This document shows, in pieces, positions 27,328 through 32,000 of a DNA stretch of 32,000 nt. Under the pieces are notes generated by a model that made no database searches, was not told the DNA's origin, and worked only from the letters and a program-made list of their open reading frames with translations. Both the position numbers and the translations under genes were made by a program. Source of the DNA: Pseudidiomarina andamanensis (GTDB taxonomy: Bacteria; Pseudomonadota; Gammaproteobacteria; Enterobacterales; Alteromonadaceae); NCBI RefSeq assembly GCF_009734345.1, contig NZ_CP032551.1, positions 450,001 through 482,000 on the forward strand, given 5' to 3'. Position 1 is the first letter of the stretch. Each line of letters opens with the position of its first letter.

Positions 27328-28473
27328 ATGACAACCTCAACAACTCCTCTCATTGCGGTGATAGCCGGCGAACATTCGGGTGACTTACTCGGTGCTGGCA
27401 TGTTGCGTGAGCTTCGCCGTTTGTATCCCAACGCTGAGTTTATCGGCGTTGGTGGACCATTAATGCAAGCGCAAGGTCTGCAAAGTCTTGTACCCATGGA
27501 AGACTTGGCAGTCATGGGCATAGCTGAAGTGCTGGGAAGTCTATTCAAACTACTTAGACATCGCCGATTACTTGTAAATACCTTCTTAGAACGTCGCCCT
27601 GACGTTTTTATTGGTATCGATGCACCCGATTTCAATTTGCCGATTGCAAAACGTCTCAAAGCCGCTGGTATCAAAACCGTGCATTATGTCAGTCCGTCAG
27701 TGTGGGCATGGCGTCAAGGTCGTATACATGGCATTAAGCAAGCGGTTGACCATGTGCTGTGTCTATTACCATTCGAAAAAGCCTTTTACGATGAACACGA
27801 ACTCGCAGCGACCTTTGTTGGGCACCCATTAGCAGATGCAATACCAATGCAGTGGCTAAAGAGTGATGCTCGTGGGCTGCTTCAGCTTGATAGCGAGTCA
27901 CAGTGGATTGGTGTTTTGCCAGGCAGTCGCAAAGGCGAGATTGCACGCATGGCGCCATTATTTTTGCAGGTTGCAAAACGTTTGTATGCAGATAACCCAG
28001 CTTTGAAATTTGTGACGCCAATGATCAGTGCTGCACGAGCCGAACAATTCAAAGTACTCCAACAACAGATAGCGCCTGAACTGCCGTTAACGATGATTGA
28101 TGGCCAGTCTCGCGATACCATGGCGGCGTGCGATGCGGTATTACTTACATCGGGTACGGTTACTTTGGAAGCCATGTTAATTAAGCGACCAATGGTGGTC
28201 GCCTATAAATTTAACTGGCTAACGTATCAATTGATCAAGCGGCTGTTTAAAGCCCGATTTTTCAGTTTGCCTAATTTGCTTGCTGATGAATTATTGGTTC
28301 CAGAGTTCGCGCAAGAAGAGGCGACGGTTAATAATTTGACGGCAGCACTCGCATTACAACTCGAGCCGCAAGCTGAACAAACCGTTGCGCGATTTACCGA
28401 ATTACATCATCAATTGAAGCAACACGCCGATGTGCTTAGTGCACAAGTTGTGAGCCAGTTAATTTCTGATTAA
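27328..28473 (+). CDS. lpxB: lipid-A-disaccharide synthase
   Basis: 381 aa. IAVIAGEHSGDLLGA N-terminus, GIDAPDFN, YVSPSVWAWR and SGT.TLE motifs are present. Confidence 0.95.
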   Translation: MTTSTTPLIAVIAGEHSGDLLGAGMLRELRRLYPNAEFIGVGGPLMQAQGLQSLVPMEDLAVMGIAEVLGSLFKLLRHRRLLVNTFLERRPDVFIGIDAPDFNLPIAKRLKAAGIKTVHYVSPSVWAWRQGRIHGIKQAVDHVLCLLPFEKAFYDEHELAATFVGHPLADAIPMQWLKSDARGLLQLDSESQWIGVLPGSRKGEIARMAPLFLQVAKRLYADNPALKFVTPMISAARAEQFKVLQQQIAPELPLTMIDGQSRDTMAACDAVLLTSGTVTLEAMLIKRPMVVAYKFNWLTYQLIKRLFKARFFSLPNLLADELLVPEFAQEEATVNNLTAALALQLEPQAEQTVARFTELHHQLKQHADVLSAQVVSQLISD

Positions 28474-28588
28474 GTGTCGATTGTTCGATTTTTTCGAATA
28501 TAAAGCCCCGAATTTCTCAATAATCATTCGATAACTTACCCGTTATACTCTATTCCAAGACATCCGAATTATCTTTAAGGAGATCGTC

Positions 28589-29548
28589 ATGGGATTACTC
28601 GTCGACGGAAAATGGCAAGATAAGTGGTATGACACCGATAGTACCGGTGGCAAGTTCAAGCGCAGTGCGGCGCAGTTTCGGAATTGGATTGAGGCAGATT
28701 CGAACGCAAAGTTTCCAGCACAAAGCGGGCGCTATCATCTATACGTCAGCTATGCTTGTCCATGGGCGCATCGCACGCTTATTTTTCGCCAGTTAAAAGG
28801 GTTAGAGCAGCACATTACTGTTTCCGTAGTGCATCCACTAATGCTTGAAAATGGCTGGGAATTTGCTGAACAACCGCTGAATGATGATTTATATAGTCTA
28901 GATTTTCTGTATCAACTTTATTTGAAGGCAGATAGTGAATATAGCGGTCGCGTTACCGTTCCGGTGCTTTGGGATAAACAACAACAAACCATCGTAAGCA
29001 ATGAATCGGCGGATATCATTCGCATGTTTAATAGTGCTTTTAACGATATCACGGGCAATACGTTAGATTTTTATCCAGAGAAACTTCAACAAGACATTGA
29101 TTCCATCAATGACTACGTTTATGACCGCGTCAACAACGGTGTTTATAAGTGCGGCTTTGCTACCCAGCAAACGGCCTACGAAGAAGCATTTGAAGAGTTA
29201 TTTGAGGCGCTTGATAAGTTAGAAGAGCGACTTGCGACGCAATCCTATTTGGTTGGTGAGACGTTAACTGAAGCAGACTGGCGTTTGTTTACCACATTGG
29301 TACGCTTTGATTCCGTTTATGTGGGGCATTTCAAAACGAACAAGCGCCGTATTGTGGACTATCCTAATCTTTGGAACTATGTGAAAGCGTTGTATCAAGT
29401 ACCGGGTATCGCTGAAACTGTCGTTATGGATCATATCAAGCAGCATTATTACGGTAGCCATCATATGATTAACCCTACGGGTGTTGTTCCAGTCGGGCCA
29501 CAACTTGATTTTTTAGCATCGCACACGCGTAAAGAGGTGGTGTTATGA
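28589..29548 (+). CDS. yqjG: glutathionyl-hydroquinone reductase (Xi-class GST, YqjG/ECM4 type)
   Basis: 319 aa. Xi-class CPWAHR active-site motif (YHLYVSYACPWAHRTLI). GRVTVPVLWDK...IVSNESA.IIRMFN and NGVYK.GFAT are colinear with remembered E. coli YqjG. Confidence 0.9.
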   Translation: MGLLVDGKWQDKWYDTDSTGGKFKRSAAQFRNWIEADSNAKFPAQSGRYHLYVSYACPWAHRTLIFRQLKGLEQHITVSVVHPLMLENGWEFAEQPLNDDLYSLDFLYQLYLKADSEYSGRVTVPVLWDKQQQTIVSNESADIIRMFNSAFNDITGNTLDFYPEKLQQDIDSINDYVYDRVNNGVYKCGFATQQTAYEEAFEELFEALDKLEERLATQSYLVGETLTEADWRLFTTLVRFDSVYVGHFKTNKRRIVDYPNLWNYVKALYQVPGIAETVVMDHIKQHYYGSHHMINPTGVVPVGPQLDFLASHTRKEVVL

Positions 29549-30375
29549 GCAATGTCATTTTAAGTCGTCACCGCGGTATGCCAGCTCAAGATGGCGCCGG
29601 TGTGAAGTTGACGCGTATTGTGAACCAGCCAAGTCTGCGTTACCAAGATCCATTTTTAATGTTGGATGAGTTTCGCTCGGATAATCCAAACGATTATATC
29701 GCAGGATTTCCACCGCATCCGCATCGAGGTTTTGTTACCTTAACTTACATGCTGGCAGGTCGGATGGAGCACAAGGATTCCAACGGCAATACCGGTGTGG
29801 TTGAGGCTGGTGGTGCACAATGGATGAAAGCAGCACGCGGAATTATCCACGCCGAAATGCCAAAGCAAGAAGATGGGTTGATGTGGGGATTTCAACTTTG
29901 GATTAACCTGCCGGCTGCGCGCAAGATGGAAGCTGCGGATTGGGCGGACTATCCGCAAGCTAAGCTTGGGGTGGTAAATTATGACAATGCGGAAGTTCGC
30001 GTCATTGCCGGTCAATTAGATGGTCAAGAAGGGCCAATACAGCAACCTGAACAGCGTTTCCTGATGCTCGATGTTCGGCTCGATCAAGATGCAGAGCTAA
30101 TGGTTCCAAGTCAACAGCAACAGACGCGTTTAGCCTATGTTTATGCTGGAACCGTGACCGTGAATGACAAACAAGTTGAACGTGGTGAATTAGTGCGCTT
30201 GAATCAAACCGATGACTTGCAGTTGAAATCGGTTAACAGTTCGGTGGGCATGATAATTTTAGCTGGCGAACCAATTGGTGAACCTATCGCGCAGTACGGA
30301 CCTTTTGTGATGAATTCACAGGCAGAAATTGAACAGGCGTTGCGTGATTATCAATCGGGTAAACTAACCGCCTAA
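29545..30375 (+). CDS. pirin-family bicupin protein (quercetinase-like)
   Basis: 276 aa. Metal-binding cupin motif GFPPHPHRGFVTLTYML.G...H.DS.GN is present, and GPFVMN marks the C-terminal cupin. The start overlaps the yqjG stop (ATGA). Confidence 0.88.
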   Translation: MSNVILSRHRGMPAQDGAGVKLTRIVNQPSLRYQDPFLMLDEFRSDNPNDYIAGFPPHPHRGFVTLTYMLAGRMEHKDSNGNTGVVEAGGAQWMKAARGIIHAEMPKQEDGLMWGFQLWINLPAARKMEAADWADYPQAKLGVVNYDNAEVRVIAGQLDGQEGPIQQPEQRFLMLDVRLDQDAELMVPSQQQQTRLAYVYAGTVTVNDKQVERGELVRLNQTDDLQLKSVNSSVGMIILAGEPIGEPIAQYGPFVMNSQAEIEQALRDYQSGKLTA

Positions 30376-30419
30376 CTGAGTTTCGATCTCACTGTTGTGA
30401 CATTCCATAAGGAGAATTT

Positions 30420-31388
30420 ATGTCCGCAAGTATGCAAGTCATTGTTGCCGGTGAGCAGCAGGTTCAATGGCAACATCGACCACAGCCACAAATCGCTGCG
30501 GACGAAGTACTCATTAAAGTTGCCTACAGTGGTATGAATCGAGCCGATTTAATGCAATTGGCTGGTCATTATCCGCCACCGCCAGGCGCATCTGATGTAC
30601 TTGGCCTAGAAGTGAGTGGTGTGGTTCATGCTGTGGGAACTGACGTGGGCGCTTTCAAAGTTGGCGACCGCGTATGCGCACTGTTAACCGGTGGCGGCTA
30701 TGCGGAATATGTTGCAGTACCAGCAGCCCAAGTCCTACCTGTACCAAAAGGCATGGATCTCGCTCAAGCCGCAGGAATTTGTGAGGTTTTTGCCACAGCG
30801 TGGTACAACGTTTACGGTTTAGCCGCAGCACAACCCGGTGAACGCGTTCTCGTGCATGCGGCAGCAAGTGGCGTTGGCCAGGCGTTATTGCAACTTGCGC
30901 GTGAACTTGGCAATCCAACATTCGCAACAGCGGGTAATGACGATAAGCTTGCGCATGCAAAACGACTCGGTGCAGAACAAGTATGGAATCGACGCGATGG
31001 TAGTTTTGTTGACGCAGTGAAGGCATGGGGGGGCGCCGATATTATTCTAGACCCGGTTGCTGGTGACTATTTGGCGTGGGATCAACAAGTGCTGAATCTT
31101 GATGGCAGGTTAATTGTCATTGGCTTAATGGGTGGGCGCGAGGCGCAACTTGATGCTGGCAGACTGTTGATGAAACGCCAACGGATTATTGGCAGTACTT
31201 TAAGAAGCCAACCGCCGCAGGTAAAAGCACGAATTATGGCTGAATTATACGCACATGTTTGGCCGCTGTTTGAGCAATCAAAAATAACGCCAAATATTGA
31301 TGAGGTGATGCCAGTTGGCGAGGTTGATCAAGCTTTTCAGCGCTTGCGCGATAATGCGACGCAGGGCAAATTGATTTTGGTTTGGTAA
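30420..31388 (+). CDS. NAD(P)H:quinone oxidoreductase, zeta-crystallin/PIG3-type MDR
   Basis: 322 aa. N-terminal GroES-like fold (V.V...G.NRADL.Q..G.YPPPPGAS..LGLE.SG), nucleotide loop HAAASGVGQA, no zinc-ligand Cys/His pattern, and a C-terminal GK.IL tail. Confidence 0.85.
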   Translation: MSASMQVIVAGEQQVQWQHRPQPQIAADEVLIKVAYSGMNRADLMQLAGHYPPPPGASDVLGLEVSGVVHAVGTDVGAFKVGDRVCALLTGGGYAEYVAVPAAQVLPVPKGMDLAQAAGICEVFATAWYNVYGLAAAQPGERVLVHAAASGVGQALLQLARELGNPTFATAGNDDKLAHAKRLGAEQVWNRRDGSFVDAVKAWGGADIILDPVAGDYLAWDQQVLNLDGRLIVIGLMGGREAQLDAGRLLMKRQRIIGSTLRSQPPQVKARIMAELYAHVWPLFEQSKITPNIDEVMPVGEVDQAFQRLRDNATQGKLILVW

Positions 31389-31396
31389 AAAAGTAG

Positions 31397-31481
31397 TGGT
31401 GGAGGGGGCAGGATTCGAACCTGCGAAGGCTGAGCCGTCAGATTTACAGTCTGATCCCTTTGACCGCTCGGGAACCCCTCC
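31397..31481 (-). tRNA. tRNA-Tyr (anticodon GUA), class II, CCA encoded
   Basis: The reverse complement reads GGAGGGGTTCCCGAGCGGTCAAAGGGATCAGACTGTAAATCTGACGGCTCAGCCTTCGCAGGTTCGAATCCTGCCCCCTCCACCA. Acceptor stem is 7 bp (GGAGGGG/CCCCTCC). Anticodon stem is TCAGA/TCTGA with loop CTGTAAA. It has a long variable arm and a GGTTCGAATCC T-loop. It is 85 nt, like E. coli tRNA-Tyr. Confidence 0.95.
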
Positions 31482-31494
31482 ACGCGAGGGCGGC

Positions 31495-31522
31495 ATAATA
31501 GCAGATTGAGAGTCACTGTAAA
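31495..31522 (-). promoter_or_regulatory. candidate sigma70 promoter of tRNA-Tyr with GC-rich discriminator
   Basis: The minus strand reads TTTACA (31522-17), a 16-nt spacer, then TATTAT (31500-31495), followed by GCCGCCCTCGCGT directly before the mature 5' end. A GC-rich discriminator is typical of stringently controlled stable-RNA promoters. Confidence 0.55.
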
Positions 31523-31567
31523 CCCGTTTATGATGTTGGCATTGGAATTAAACAACGAAGTGAACCA

Positions 31568-32000
31568 ATGAGCCCAGCAAAGCCAGCCGATGCGATACCT
31601 TTTGAAGTCGATGAAGAAATTGCTAAGTTTCTTGATCGGCTTTGGCTCAAACAGGGCGTTAGCGAGCACACCAGTGCCGCGTATCGTACCGATTTGCGCA
31701 GCTTTCAGCGTTTTCTCAGTGAATATCAACAGGCACAGTTACTTCACGTGACCAGTGCCGATTTAGAGCGCTATTTGTTGTGGCGTCGGCAAAATGGTTT
31801 TTCTCCTCGCAGCACTTCTCGTGCGCTCAGTGCGTTAAAGAAATTTTATCAGTATGCAGTTGCTGAGCGATTGTGTTCGAGTGACCCAACAACCCGCTTA
31901 GCTCGTCCGAAACAACCGCAATCTATTCCTCACAGTTTGTCTGAAGCCGAAGTGGAAGCTTTATTAACGGCACCAGATAGTGACGACCCAGTGCAACTTC
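31568..32000 (+). CDS. xerD: site-specific tyrosine recombinase XerD, N-terminal part (3' end outside window)
   Basis: My own translation from ATG 31568 is MSPAKPADAIPFEVDEEIAKFLDRLWLKQGVSEHTSAAYRTDLRSFQRFL...SRALSALKKFYQYAV...DPT..LARPKQPQSIPHSLSEAEVEALL.AP. It aligns with remembered E. coli XerD (FLDALWLEKNLAENTLNAYRRDL...SAVRRLFQYL...P.LP..LSEAQVE.LL.AP). It is not in the ORF track because it is open-ended. Confidence 0.9.
   Translation, partial: MSPAKPADAIPFEVDEEIAKFLDRLWLKQGVSEHTSAAYRTDLRSFQRFLSEYQQAQLLHVTSADLERYLLWRRQNGFSPRSTSRALSALKKFYQYAVAERLCSSDPTTRLARPKQPQSIPHSLSEAEVEALLTAPDSDDPVQL

Noticed and set aside
31278-31729. Minus-strand ORFs 31278..31496 and 31337..31729 overlapping the tRNA-Tyr gene, its promoter and the xerD 5' end.
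   Set aside because: They run through a canonical tRNA and antisense to a clearly homologous XerD N-terminus. ORF 1..237 (minus) is rejected for the same reason, because it is antisense to the LysR C-terminus and the hydrolase start.
31397-32000. A tRNA gene next to a tyrosine recombinase, which is the classic signature of a genomic-island or prophage boundary.
   Set aside because: The recombinase N-terminus matches housekeeping XerD rather than phage-type integrases. It is transcribed away from the tRNA. I saw no direct repeat of the tRNA 3' end in the window and no phage or mobility genes.
1-32000. A scan of the whole window for CRISPR-like spaced repeats, IS terminal inverted repeats, transposase, integrase or phage genes, toxin-antitoxin pairs and defence-type domains.
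   Set aside because: I recognised none by eye. Every ORF over 100 aa that is not antisense to a better-supported gene has a housekeeping or conserved-hypothetical assignment. This was a visual scan only, so short or degenerate repeats could have been missed.

Overview
This window is an ordinary core-chromosome segment of a gammaproteobacterium. Gene order looks Alteromonadales/Vibrionales-like and GC is roughly mid-40s % by eye. I call 35 protein genes (2 truncated at the window edges), one tRNA-Tyr, three rho-independent terminators, two sigma70-type promoters, one ribosomal-protein leader and one small repeat element. Two synteny blocks that I remember as far apart in E. coli K-12 are fused here. 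Block 1 is LysR(GcvA-like)-hydrolase-rlmM, NAD-type isocitrate dehydrogenase, DUF3192, ppnN-queF, syd, then yqcC-truC. Block 2 is dapD-glnD-map, rpsB-tsf-pyrH-frr-uppS-cdsA-dxr-rseP-bamA-skp-lpxD-fabZ-lpxA-lpxB. After lpxB come a glutathionyl-hydroquinone reductase (yqjG), a pirin, a quinone oxidoreductase, tRNA-Tyr(GUA) on the minus strand and the 5' part of xerD. I saw no IS element, phage integrase, CRISPR array, toxin-antitoxin pair or recognisable defence gene, and all genes look intact. I cannot point to a convincing novel multi-gene system. The best candidates for unknown biology are four poorly characterised genes wedged between syd and yqcC: GNAT/Mpo1-like DUF962 and DUF3549/DUF3301, two convergent, translationally coupled pairs. 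Lesser candidates are the uncharacterised yqcC overlapping truC, a three-arm AT-rich repeat upstream of rlmM, and the yqjG-pirin-qor cluster at the lpxB/tRNA-Tyr junction. Family names come from my own reading of the translations and from remembered E. coli orthologue sequences. No database search was run.
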